Origin: Verrucomicrobiota bacterium
GTDB taxonomy: Bacteria; Verrucomicrobiota; Verrucomicrobiia; Limisphaerales; JADLHS01
Assembly (NCBI GenBank): GCA_039806955.1
Contig: JBDHQI010000015.1
Location: 33,437-97,436, forward strand
Reading direction: 5' to 3'
Length of the DNA: 64,000 nt
The first letter of the stretch is position 1, and every line of letters starts with the position of its first letter. The translations under genes and the position numbers were made by a program. The notes under the pieces are model-generated. The model saw only the letters and a program-made list of their open reading frames with translations, had not been told where the DNA came from and did not search any database. Positions 47,232-55,924 of the stretch are shown here, one piece after another.

Positions 47232-47414
47232 ATTCAGCGGGCACTGGTGGCGTTGCTGGAGTAATCCGACTCCGACTTAAGCAAGCTTAAACGAGTTTGT
47301 CCCTTGAAGCACCCACCCCAGGGTTCGCGGCGAGCAGATTGAATAAAATCGGGAATAAGATGGGCTTGCGTTTACTCGCGGAATTAATCAAGCTGTCGTC
47401 AATAATTCGTCACC

Positions 47415-48296
47415 ATGGCCAAAGCAATTCGAGCAACGCTATCTTCGCAACCCTTACAAGCGGAGCCGCTGCCGCGTCGCTGGCGAACCAAAGCGGGCTT
47501 CACCTTGATCGAGCTGCTGGTGGTCATTGCGATTATCGCCATCCTGGCGGCGATGCTGCTACCGGCACTCGGTCGCGCAAAATTAAAGGCGCAAGCGGCG
47601 ATCTGCCTCAGCAACGTCAAGCAGCTTAACGTGGGCTGGGCCCTGTACATCGGCGATTACAATGATGTCATGCCGCCCAATTGGTTGAACGATTCGCGGG
47701 CATGGATTGATGGGACCGTCGGCAGCGTTTATCAGTTGCCGGGAGCCACCAATCTTCTCGCGATCCGTCGCGGTCTGCTCTTTCCTTACAATCCCAACGT
47801 GGGAGTTTACCGCTGTCCCAGCGCCAAAGGTGGTCCAGTGTTGCCGCCGGCGCCAGCTAACATGCGGGCCGTGCAATTGGTGCGGCACTACTCGCTCGAA
47901 GGCCGGATGGGCGGTGCGGATCAGGGAACGGCCGCGAAGTATGGAGTCAGCGACACCAGTTGGGTGCTCGGTACGACCTTTCCGCAATACAAGAAGTTAT
48001 CCGAGGTCAAACGACCGTCGCCGGCAGAGGCCATGACGTTCATTGATGAAAGCATTGAGACATTGGATGACGGTTATTTTGCGGTCAATGCCACGGATCG
48101 CCTCAACCAGTGGCAAAATTCGCCGACGGTCCGGCATGGCAAGGCGGGGGTGTTGGGATTTGCCGATGGCCACAGTGAGAATTGGAAATGGCGGGCACTG
48201 GCGCGAGACAATGTGCTGGACGCGCCGTTGATTCAAGCGGGCGTCAATACCGAGGTGGATTTGCGGCGGTTGCAGCGCGCGGTTTTCCTGCGATAA
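47415..48296 (+). CDS. Prepilin-type N-terminal cleavage/methylation domain protein with H-X9-DG motif (pseudopilin-like)
   Basis: [25 protein letters not shown], and near the C-terminus [13 protein letters not shown] (H-X9-DG). Confidence 0.85.
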   Translation: MAKAIRATLSSQPLQAEPLPRRWRTKAGFTLIELLVVIAIIAILAAMLLPALGRAKLKAQAAICLSNVKQLNVGWALYIGDYNDVMPPNWLNDSRAWIDGTVGSVYQLPGATNLLAIRRGLLFPYNPNVGVYRCPSAKGGPVLPPAPANMRAVQLVRHYSLEGRMGGADQGTAAKYGVSDTSWVLGTTFPQYKKLSEVKRPSPAEAMTFIDESIETLDDGYFAVNATDRLNQWQNSPTVRHGKAGVLGFADGHSENWKWRALARDNVLDAPLIQAGVNTEVDLRRLQRAVFLR

Positions 48297-48403
48297 GGGG
48301 CACTGCCCAGGACGCGGAAATCCACCGAGGAGTGCGCGGCGTCATAAGTAAACAGAGTCGAAGTTGAGCAGACCCAAACGGCTTGAGTTGTTCAAAACAG
48401 TCC

Positions 48404-49186
48404 ATGAAAACCAGTGTTAAACGGGCCTTCACCCTTATTGAATTGTTGGTGGTGATTGCCATCATCGCCATCCTCGCCGCCATGCTCATGCCCGCCCTGG
48501 CCAAAGCCAAGGCCAAGGCCAAAGGCGTGCGGTGCGTGTCCAACATGAAAAATTGGGGCTTGGCGACCGTGATGTATTTGGGCGATAACGAGGATCGGCT
48601 GCCGCCCTTTGGCGATTTGTCCTCGGACTACACCAAGGATTTTTGGCACATGAAACTGGCCCCCTACGTGGCGCGTCGGGTTCAGCAGGGAGTCCAGTTT
48701 GGTCAAACCGATGTTTTCACCAACGAACTGCGCCAATGCCCCGGAGGCAGCTACGCCGCGCCGGAGTATTATCGAGGCGCATGGGATGGCAAAACTTGGA
48801 ATTGCTGGATCGGCGCCAACTTTGGCGCGTTTGGCGATCCGTTGAGCGGACCGTTTTATTATACCGATACCCGTCCGTCCTTGAAGGCCACGCGAGTCAA
48901 GAAGGCTTCCGACGCCATGCTGTTCATGGAGACCATCACGCATTATGTCTATTCACCAGTGCATAGCGGCTATCGTTTTTCATTGGATTTGGATGGCGAT
49001 GGCCGGCGCGACACCATGCCGCAGTATCCTGACGTACCATACAATTATGGCCGGCCCCGGGTTCATGATAATGGAGCGAACGTCACCCTGCTGGATGGGC
49101 ACGTGGAACGCGTGACTTTTGCCAAATTGTGGGCAACGGATGCTTCCGGCAAAGTGCTCCACTCATTTTGGTACCTGGAAGATTGA
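48404..49186 (+). CDS. Prepilin-type N-terminal cleavage/methylation domain protein with H-X9-DG motif (pseudopilin-like)
   Basis: ATG 48404 gives [33 protein letters not shown]-terminal [13 protein letters not shown] (H-X9-DG). Confidence 0.85.
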   Translation: MKTSVKRAFTLIELLVVIAIIAILAAMLMPALAKAKAKAKGVRCVSNMKNWGLATVMYLGDNEDRLPPFGDLSSDYTKDFWHMKLAPYVARRVQQGVQFGQTDVFTNELRQCPGGSYAAPEYYRGAWDGKTWNCWIGANFGAFGDPLSGPFYYTDTRPSLKATRVKKASDAMLFMETITHYVYSPVHSGYRFSLDLDGDGRRDTMPQYPDVPYNYGRPRVHDNGANVTLLDGHVERVTFAKLWATDASGKVLHSFWYLED

Positions 49187-49288
49187 CGCGCCCGGATCAG
49201 GAACGATCCACGGGTTCGCCAGACTTGACTCCTCCATGAAACTCCTCATCCATCGAGCTGATCGGCGCTTCGCATCGGGCGCACGACA

Positions 49289-49801
49289 TCAAATCGGTTC
49301 GATCACTTCCGCTCCCAGTTCCACGGCTGCCGCCTGATTGATGAAGTCCAGACGAAGAAAGATTCGGCGTGGACCCGAGCGCGCCTCGATCAACCCTTCG
49401 ATGCCTTGCAACGGGCCGGAGCGGATTCGCACTCGTGTGCCCACCGTGAGGTTGGGGGCCAGGTGAACCTCCAGCCCGGAAGCCAGGGCGACGAGAATTT
49501 CCTGTAGTTGTTTCTCGAAGGTGGCTTGATCGAAAATGTCCAACAGATTGGCGACATGATCATTTTGTCGCACCAGGGCGGTTTGCGTGGGTTGCAGTTG
49601 TAAAAAGACGTAACCGGGGAAGAGTGGTTTTTGAAAGACAGCCGTTTTGCCCCGATACTGGTGTGGAGAGTTGTAACATGGCAGCGTGGCCTGGAGTTCG
49701 TGTTGCGCGCAAAATTCGACCAGTTTTTTTTCCCGTCGTGGCCGCGTGTGGGCCGCATACCAAAGTAATTCCGACATGCCCGGAGGATTATTAGCGCTCA
49801 C
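49289..49801 (-). CDS. NusG paralog (RfaH/UpxY/LoaP-like specialised transcription antiterminator)
   Basis: NGN domain: LWYAAHTRPRREKKLVEFC ... KPLFPGYVFLQL. KOW-like: LTVGTRVRIRSGPLQGIEGLIE. At 170 aa with no ribosomal-operon context, it is not the housekeeping nusG. Confidence 0.75.
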   Translation of the reverse strand: MSANNPPGMSELLWYAAHTRPRREKKLVEFCAQHELQATLPCYNSPHQYRGKTAVFQKPLFPGYVFLQLQPTQTALVRQNDHVANLLDIFDQATFEKQLQEILVALASGLEVHLAPNLTVGTRVRIRSGPLQGIEGLIEARSGPRRIFLRLDFINQAAAVELGAEVIEPI

Positions 49802-50505
49802 GAGAAGTCAATCCGAAGAAATGTCCGCCGCGCAATTTGGCGACCACGCACCGCGACGGCTATGGAGTTTCGTAAACGCGGAAAAATGGCCTGAGGTCGG
49901 CGGAAATGTTCGTGAAAATTGCCAGCGGCATCGCGACCAAATTCGTGCGGACACCGCTCCAGATCGTCCGATTGGCCGAAGCCCTCAGTCCCACAAAATA
50001 TCCGATGTCAGCCCGCCGCCCTCAAAAAGAAACTGCTCGTTTTCGATTTGCGGCGCGGCAAGCTCGATTCCGGTGGACTGATGGCGGTTACGGTAATGCT
50101 ACCGCTTCCACCGGTGAAGTTGTTGGAGCGAGTAAATTTGCCGACCTGCCGGAACCCTTTGCCGAAGGCATCGCTTTCATCAAGTAAACCCGCCGCCGCC
50201 ATTTCATCACCAGTCGAGAGACGCTGCCGTGGCCCGACAGTAATCTTGAAATACAACCGCCAATACCGCTCAAACGAACCATGACAACCTTTTGTTGCAT
50301 ATGCGACAAAACTTCGCCATAACTTCAGGCCATGCCATGCTTCACCATGAACAACGCAGCGTCGTAGAACTGATAAACTCGAACCCCTTCCTTCCGCATC
50401 GCATCCCTTCCGACTCCGGAAACATTTAATTTAAGTCAACTCGGTCCTGCTTTCGTGGCGCAAAAAGTGTTTCCCTTGACGCGTGGACGACGTACAGTCT
50501 GCGCC

Positions 50506-51750
50506 ATGTCTGAGGTCCATCACGGTGCGGGCGCTGATTTTTCCCGCCGCCAGTTTCTGCACATCGCCGCGTTGGCGGGAGCGGGGGCGATCCTGACTCG
50601 CGGCGGAGGCGCCGCTCGCGCCGCCGAAACGGTGACGCTTCCGTTCGTGAATGGCGAACGCGAACTGGTCCGCTACCCGCAAAAGCGACCGCTGATCCGG
50701 CTGACCGCGCGGCCTCCGCAGTTGGAAACGCCGTTTGCCATTTTCAACGAAGGGTTGCTTACGCCCAACGATGCCTTTTTCGTGCGTTATCATCTCGCTG
50801 AAATTCCCACCGAGATTGATCCCCAAACCTTCCGCCTCGAAGTCAAGGGGCAGGTCAAGCGACCGCTCACGCTTTCACTGATGGATTTACGAACGCAATT
50901 CGAGCCGGTGGAGATTGTTGCGGTCAATCAATGTTCCGGCAACAGTCGTGGCTTTTTCCAACCGCACGTTGGCGGTGGACAACTGGGCCATGGGGCCATG
51001 GGGAACGCCCGGTGGAAAGGTGTACGCCTCAAAGAAGTGCTCGCCAAAGCGGGCGTCGCAGTTGGCGCCAAGCAGGTGGTCTTCAACGGCCTGGATCGGG
51101 CGGTCTTGGAAGCCACGCCGGATTTCCAAAAGGCGCTGGACGTGGATCAAGCGCTGGATGAAGACGTGCTGCTCGCTTACGCGATGAATGGCGCGGATTT
51201 ACCGATGTTGAATGGTTATCCCCTGCGGTTGATTGTGCCCGGGTACTACGGCACCTATTGGGTCAAGCACCTCAATGAAATCACGGTGGTGGATGAAACC
51301 TTCAAGAGCTTCTGGATGAATCCGGCTTATTTGATCCCGGACAATGCCGGCGCGTGCGTGGCGCCGGGGACGACGCCCACGCGGACCCGGCCCATCGGAC
51401 GCTTTAATATCCGTTCCTTCATCACGAGTCTGGCCGAGGCGGAGGTGATCCGTAACGGGCATCCGCTCACCGTGCGCGGCATTGCCTTTGATGGTGGCTA
51501 CGGTCTCCAGGAAGTTCTATTTTCGGAAGACGACGGTCAATCGTGGCGCGCCGCCGAGCTGGGCCAGGATTTGGGCAAATACTCGTTCCGTGAATGGACC
51601 ATTCCCTTCACGCCGCGCCGGACCGGAGACTTTGCGCTGCGCGTGAAAGCCACAAATCGTATTGGCGAATCGCAACCGCTTGAACCATTGTGGAATCCCG
51701 CCGGTTACATGCGCAACGTTGTGGAAACCGTTCACGTCAAAGCCGCCTGA
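50506..51750 (+). CDS. Sulfite-oxidase-family molybdopterin oxidoreductase (SorA-like sulfite dehydrogenase), Tat-exported
   Basis: ATG 50506 gives a twin-arginine signal (SRRQFLHIAALAGAGA). Moco-Cys context VNQCSGNSRGFF, YAMNGADLPMLNGYPLRLIVPGYYGTYWVKHL, and a C-terminal dimerisation domain. Confidence 0.8.
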   Translation: MSEVHHGAGADFSRRQFLHIAALAGAGAILTRGGGAARAAETVTLPFVNGERELVRYPQKRPLIRLTARPPQLETPFAIFNEGLLTPNDAFFVRYHLAEIPTEIDPQTFRLEVKGQVKRPLTLSLMDLRTQFEPVEIVAVNQCSGNSRGFFQPHVGGGQLGHGAMGNARWKGVRLKEVLAKAGVAVGAKQVVFNGLDRAVLEATPDFQKALDVDQALDEDVLLAYAMNGADLPMLNGYPLRLIVPGYYGTYWVKHLNEITVVDETFKSFWMNPAYLIPDNAGACVAPGTTPTRTRPIGRFNIRSFITSLAEAEVIRNGHPLTVRGIAFDGGYGLQEVLFSEDDGQSWRAAELGQDLGKYSFREWTIPFTPRRTGDFALRVKATNRIGESQPLEPLWNPAGYMRNVVETVHVKAA

Positions 51751-51754
51751 TCTT

Positions 51755-52381
51755 ATGGTGCGAATCCTTCTCTTTGCGACGGCCATTTTGATTGGTGTAT
51801 TTTTGGCGGGCGGTGAGAATCCGCCCAATGCTCCGTTAAAAATTCAACTGCCGCCGGAAACCAGCGCTTTCAAACAAGCCGCTGGTGCGGCACTGGTCAA
51901 TGGGCAGTGCCTGGTTTGTCACTCGGTCGAATACGTGACTTCACAACCGCCGCTGCCGCGCACGTTCTGGAACGCCGCCGTTAAAAAAATGGTGGACAAA
52001 TACGGCGCAAACGTGCCGCCGGATCAGGTTGAGCCAATTGTGGATTATTTGTACCACAACTATGGTGACTCGCCGGCAACTGCCGCGCCACCGCCGGCAG
52101 CGCCGCCTTCACCCACCCGCGCCGTGTCTTCCGACCCCGTGCAGCTTGGCACGAAATACGGTTGTCTGGCCTGCCACCAGCCCACGGTAAAAATTATTGG
52201 ACCGAGCTACCGTGAAGTTGCGCAAAAGTATCAGGCCGATTCCGAGGCGGCGCATAAGATTGCGCAACAGATTCGCCAGGGCGGTTCGGGCAAGTGGGGG
52301 TCAATCATCATGCCGCCGTTTCCGCAAATCAGCGACGGCGAGGTCCAGGTGCTGGCGAACTGGATTCTCAATCAGAAGTAG
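51755..52381 (+). CDS. Di-haem c-type cytochrome (SorB-like electron acceptor)
   Basis: ATG 51755 lies 4 nt after the oxidoreductase stop. It has a signal anchor and two CxxCH motifs (CLVCHS, CLACHQ). The second half resembles class I c551/c552 cytochromes. Confidence 0.8.
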   Translation: MVRILLFATAILIGVFLAGGENPPNAPLKIQLPPETSAFKQAAGAALVNGQCLVCHSVEYVTSQPPLPRTFWNAAVKKMVDKYGANVPPDQVEPIVDYLYHNYGDSPATAAPPPAAPPSPTRAVSSDPVQLGTKYGCLACHQPTVKIIGPSYREVAQKYQADSEAAHKIAQQIRQGGSGKWGSIIMPPFPQISDGEVQVLANWILNQK

Positions 52382-52417
52382 GCGGCCACTGGGCGGAGCC
52401 GCAAAATTGAGCGTTGC

Positions 52418-53005
52418 TCAATCCGCCGGCTTCAACGCGTTGATGGCAGCGCGGATTTTTTCCACACCTTCATTTACCGTCCATTCACCAGTCAGTAATT
52501 CCACTTCCGGCTGCAGCGGCGGTTCGTAAGGGGCCGAAATGCCAGTGAATTCAAGCAACTCCCCGGCCCGGGCGCGGGCGTAAAGTCCCTTGGGATCGCG
52601 TTGCTCGCAAATGGCCAGCGGCGCGTTGATGTAAACCTCAATGAATCTTCCCGGCGGCGCGGCCGCACGGGCGCGATCTCGATCGCGGCGGTAGGGCGAA
52701 ATCAGTGCCACCACGCAAATCAAACCCGCGTCGGCAAACAGCCGCGCTACTTCGCCGACCCGGCGGATGTTTTCCTGTCGGTCCGCTGTCGAGAATCCCA
52801 GGTCCGAACACAGGCCGCGTCGCAACGCATCACCATCCAGGACGCAAACCGCGCGATTTTCCGCACGCAGCACCGCGGCCAACGCACGGGCTGTGGTGGT
52901 TTTTCCCGCGCCACTCAAGCCGGTCAGCCACACCACGCCGCCGGGCGAATCCAGTCGTGGCCCCGCCGGTGCGCGCTCAATTGCTGGAGTCGTTGACGGC
53001 TTCAT
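52418..53005 (-). CDS. cysC: Adenylyl-sulfate (APS) kinase
   Basis: VVWLTGLSGAGKTTTARAL (P-loop), LDGDALRRGLCSDLGFS..DRQENIRR, ISPYRRDR. Confidence 0.92.
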   Translation of the reverse strand: MKPSTTPAIERAPAGPRLDSPGGVVWLTGLSGAGKTTTARALAAVLRAENRAVCVLDGDALRRGLCSDLGFSTADRQENIRRVGEVARLFADAGLICVVALISPYRRDRDRARAAAPPGRFIEVYINAPLAICEQRDPKGLYARARAGELLEFTGISAPYEPPLQPEVELLTGEWTVNEGVEKIRAAINALKPAD

Positions 53006-55874
53006 CTTGCAAATTTTTCAGGCGCTCGCGGGCAATCGTGGTCAGCGGCGTGACGGCCGGCGCATTGGAGAGCACCGCGTGGTAATAGCGGAGGATGGCG
53101 TTGGTGTCGCGTTGTCGCCAGGCGATTGAGCCCAGGCCGAACAACGCGGACTGACTCGTGTCCGCGTTTTTCAGCAGGGCTTGATAATCTTTTTCAGCAT
53201 TTTCAAACAAACCGGATTCCACCGCGGCGCCAGCCCGGAGCCAGCGCGCCATGTGGTTGTCGGGCGCCAATTCCAACGCCCGGGTCAGGGTATTGCGCGC
53301 CGCCGTAAAATCCTTGGCCCGCAATTCGGCCCGACCTTTCTTGACGAAGCTCTCTGTGTTTTGCGGATCCAGTTCGGTCAGTCGCGCACTCCATTTCAAC
53401 CCGGCGGCAACATTGCCGAATGTTTCACAGAGACTGACGGCTTCACCAACCACTTCAACGGTCTGTTGGTGGCGCATCGTAAAATGCTCGATAAAATCCA
53501 GCGCGGCGTTGGTTTGACCCAAACCCCACAAGGCGGCGGCTTGCGCGCTCAACAAGCGTGCCTGAAAGCGCGGCGACAAGGTGCTTTCCTGCGTCAATAA
53601 TTCGGCGCTCAAGGTATTGGCGGAGGCAAACTTGCCCAGCACATTCAAGGTTTGCGCGGCTTCCAGGCGCGGCGCCAGCCAGTCTGGAGCGAGGATCATG
53701 CTGCGGTTGAAACATTCCCAGGCCTGTTGCACGCAACCGCCGTTCAGGTACGTGAATCCCGAGAAACACAAAAACACGGGCGCGTCCACCGGCCCGTTCC
53801 GACCGATCACGTCGGGCCAGGATTGGTATTGCGACATTAATCGCGGAAAGGTTTGCTGCGCCCAAGCCATCGTCAGCCGGTTTGATACCTCGTTGCCGCC
53901 GGATTCGCTGGCGGCCAGATTGATCCTTGCCGCCAAGTTGTTGGGAGCTAATGCCAATGCGCGCTCGAACCAGACCAAGCTCGCTGCTGGTGACTCGCCC
54001 CGGCGCAACTCCACCCCGTGTTGATTCAGCGTCTTACCATAAAAATTTCCCAACAACGTCACCGTCTCGTTTGTCGGGATGGTCAGATAAAGCGCTTTCC
54101 AAAACGGGGTGTTCCATCGTTCGACTTGGCGCCGGTGCGATTCAAATTGCCGGCTGCGTCGCTCCAGACTCTGCTTCCAGCGCTCTTCCCAGCGTTCTTG
54201 CTGACGCCGCATCGTTTCGGCCGGCGGGGCGCTGACCACGCCAAACTCATCCGGCTGACGCAGTTTCAGCCATTGCGTCCAACCGTGTGGTTCGGCGGTG
54301 AAGGCTTCCAAAAACAAACCGGAACTGGAATGCAAATAAACTGTCGGCTCGTGCGCGGCAAGTGACCGGATTAATTGCGTCATTTGCACCGGGGTCAGGG
54401 AAGTCAGATTCGTCCGGGCGGCTTCCGGCCAGCGCGTCGGATAGCGGGCGGCCAACTGGGCGAGATACGCCGGTGTAGCCAGCGTCCGCGTTTCAATCAA
54501 CAGCGGCGCTTTGGATTCGTCGTGTGTACGTAATTCGGCGCGCAGCAGGGGCAACAGCCACGGTTCATCGCTGAGCGCGATGGTGGGGCCGGCGGGAAGA
54601 TCTTCGTAAAGTTGCGTGGCGAATTCCTTCAGGCTCGAGCCGTTCGCCAGCCAGATCGTGTTGAAATTGCGGACCACCAACAGCAACGGCAGCGCGAGGC
54701 CAAGCACCATGGCTGAAACGACGGGCCAACGCCGGGCGCGCTTCCGCCATGGAGTCCATTGGAACAGCAACAGATAACCGACGCCATAACCGGCGACCAG
54801 CGCCCACGCGTATTGATAAACCAGCAGCGCGCCGCTGAGTTCGTTCTGGCCGGGCGCAAACAACGGGTTCAAAGCCAGCCACAGCGCCGCCAGCATAAAC
54901 AGCAGATGGATGGAATGGCCGGTGAGTTTGGTGAGAAAAATGCCCGCGTGCGTGTCGTCGGCCAGTTGCACGGAATGTGAGCGCCACCGCACCGCCAGCA
55001 ACAAAAAGGGCAGCCCCGCCGTCACCGTGAGCAGCCGCCACGCGGGCGTTGACAGAATCCGTAGAAAATTTTTCTGTCCGGCCACGTAAAACCGCAGGGT
55101 GGGCCAGTAATCCGCCCCCACGGCGGCACGTTCGGAAATCATCCACGGCACCAGGAAATACAGGCTCCAACCCAGCAACGCGCAGCCGCTTAAGCGCCAG
55201 AGAAACCGCCATTCCAGGCAATGTCCAAAACCCTTGGCCCAAATTACTGCCGCCAGGTAAACCGGCGCGTAGGCCAGCAGCATCCAGTTGTCGGTCATGC
55301 CGAGCGCGTAAATCAGCGTACTCCAATACAACCACTTTTCCTGCGCGTGGCGGCGATATTCCAGGATGCCCCGGAACGCGAAGGCGAAGCACAGCACGCT
55401 GGCCATTTCCCCGGTGGCGGCGGTGGCGTGTTGCCAGAACGATCGTTGCAAGGCCAGGGCCGCAACCGCGAACGCGGGCGGCAACCATTTCCAGGCGTCG
55501 GGGGCTGTTACTACGTCGGCGAGCCTTGAGCGCATCGGGTTCGGCGCGACGGAATCGTAACGCAGAATGCTGACCGAACGCGCCAGTTGCACCAGGACCA
55601 ACGCTGCGCTTCCCGCCGTGAATAGATTCAACGCCAGCGGTAGCCACCGCGCTGGCAACCAGCGGAACGCCGCGCAGATCAGCCAGCTTAGCGGACGACC
55701 AAGCTCCGGCTGTTCAGTCCAGCCCGCCCAACGCGCGACCAATCCCAAACTCGTATTCGTGAGCCAACCGTTGAGCGTGAGAAGAAACAACAAACCGGCT
55801 GCCCCACCCAGCCCCCAAAGCCAATACGCGGAAACGGCATCGCTTTCAGTGGACTGACGGTTGGTTGCGGTCAT
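52977..55874 (-). CDS. Large polytopic membrane protein with C-terminal TPR repeats (DUF2723 / PMT-like glycosyltransferase fold suspected)
   Basis: The ~450-aa N-terminal region holds more than 10 hydrophobic helices. The C-terminal ~400 aa contain TPR-like repeats (ALELAPDNHMARWLRAGAA, KDYQALLKNADT). The 3' end overlaps the cysC start by 29 nt. Confidence 0.6.
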   Translation of the reverse strand: MTATNRQSTESDAVSAYWLWGLGGAAGLLFLLTLNGWLTNTSLGLVARWAGWTEQPELGRPLSWLICAAFRWLPARWLPLALNLFTAGSAALVLVQLARSVSILRYDSVAPNPMRSRLADVVTAPDAWKWLPPAFAVAALALQRSFWQHATAATGEMASVLCFAFAFRGILEYRRHAQEKWLYWSTLIYALGMTDNWMLLAYAPVYLAAVIWAKGFGHCLEWRFLWRLSGCALLGWSLYFLVPWMISERAAVGADYWPTLRFYVAGQKNFLRILSTPAWRLLTVTAGLPFLLLAVRWRSHSVQLADDTHAGIFLTKLTGHSIHLLFMLAALWLALNPLFAPGQNELSGALLVYQYAWALVAGYGVGYLLLFQWTPWRKRARRWPVVSAMVLGLALPLLLVVRNFNTIWLANGSSLKEFATQLYEDLPAGPTIALSDEPWLLPLLRAELRTHDESKAPLLIETRTLATPAYLAQLAARYPTRWPEAARTNLTSLTPVQMTQLIRSLAAHEPTVYLHSSSGLFLEAFTAEPHGWTQWLKLRQPDEFGVVSAPPAETMRRQQERWEERWKQSLERRSRQFESHRRQVERWNTPFWKALYLTIPTNETVTLLGNFYGKTLNQHGVELRRGESPAASLVWFERALALAPNNLAARINLAASESGGNEVSNRLTMAWAQQTFPRLMSQYQSWPDVIGRNGPVDAPVFLCFSGFTYLNGGCVQQAWECFNRSMILAPDWLAPRLEAAQTLNVLGKFASANTLSAELLTQESTLSPRFQARLLSAQAAALWGLGQTNAALDFIEHFTMRHQQTVEVVGEAVSLCETFGNVAAGLKWSARLTELDPQNTESFVKKGRAELRAKDFTAARNTLTRALELAPDNHMARWLRAGAAVESGLFENAEKDYQALLKNADTSQSALFGLGSIAWRQRDTNAILRYYHAVLSNAPAVTPLTTIARERLKNLQDEAVNDSSN

Positions 55875-55924
55875 TAAACGCTGTTATTATACGAACAATG
55901 CGCGGCGGATTGGCAAGCCGACAG

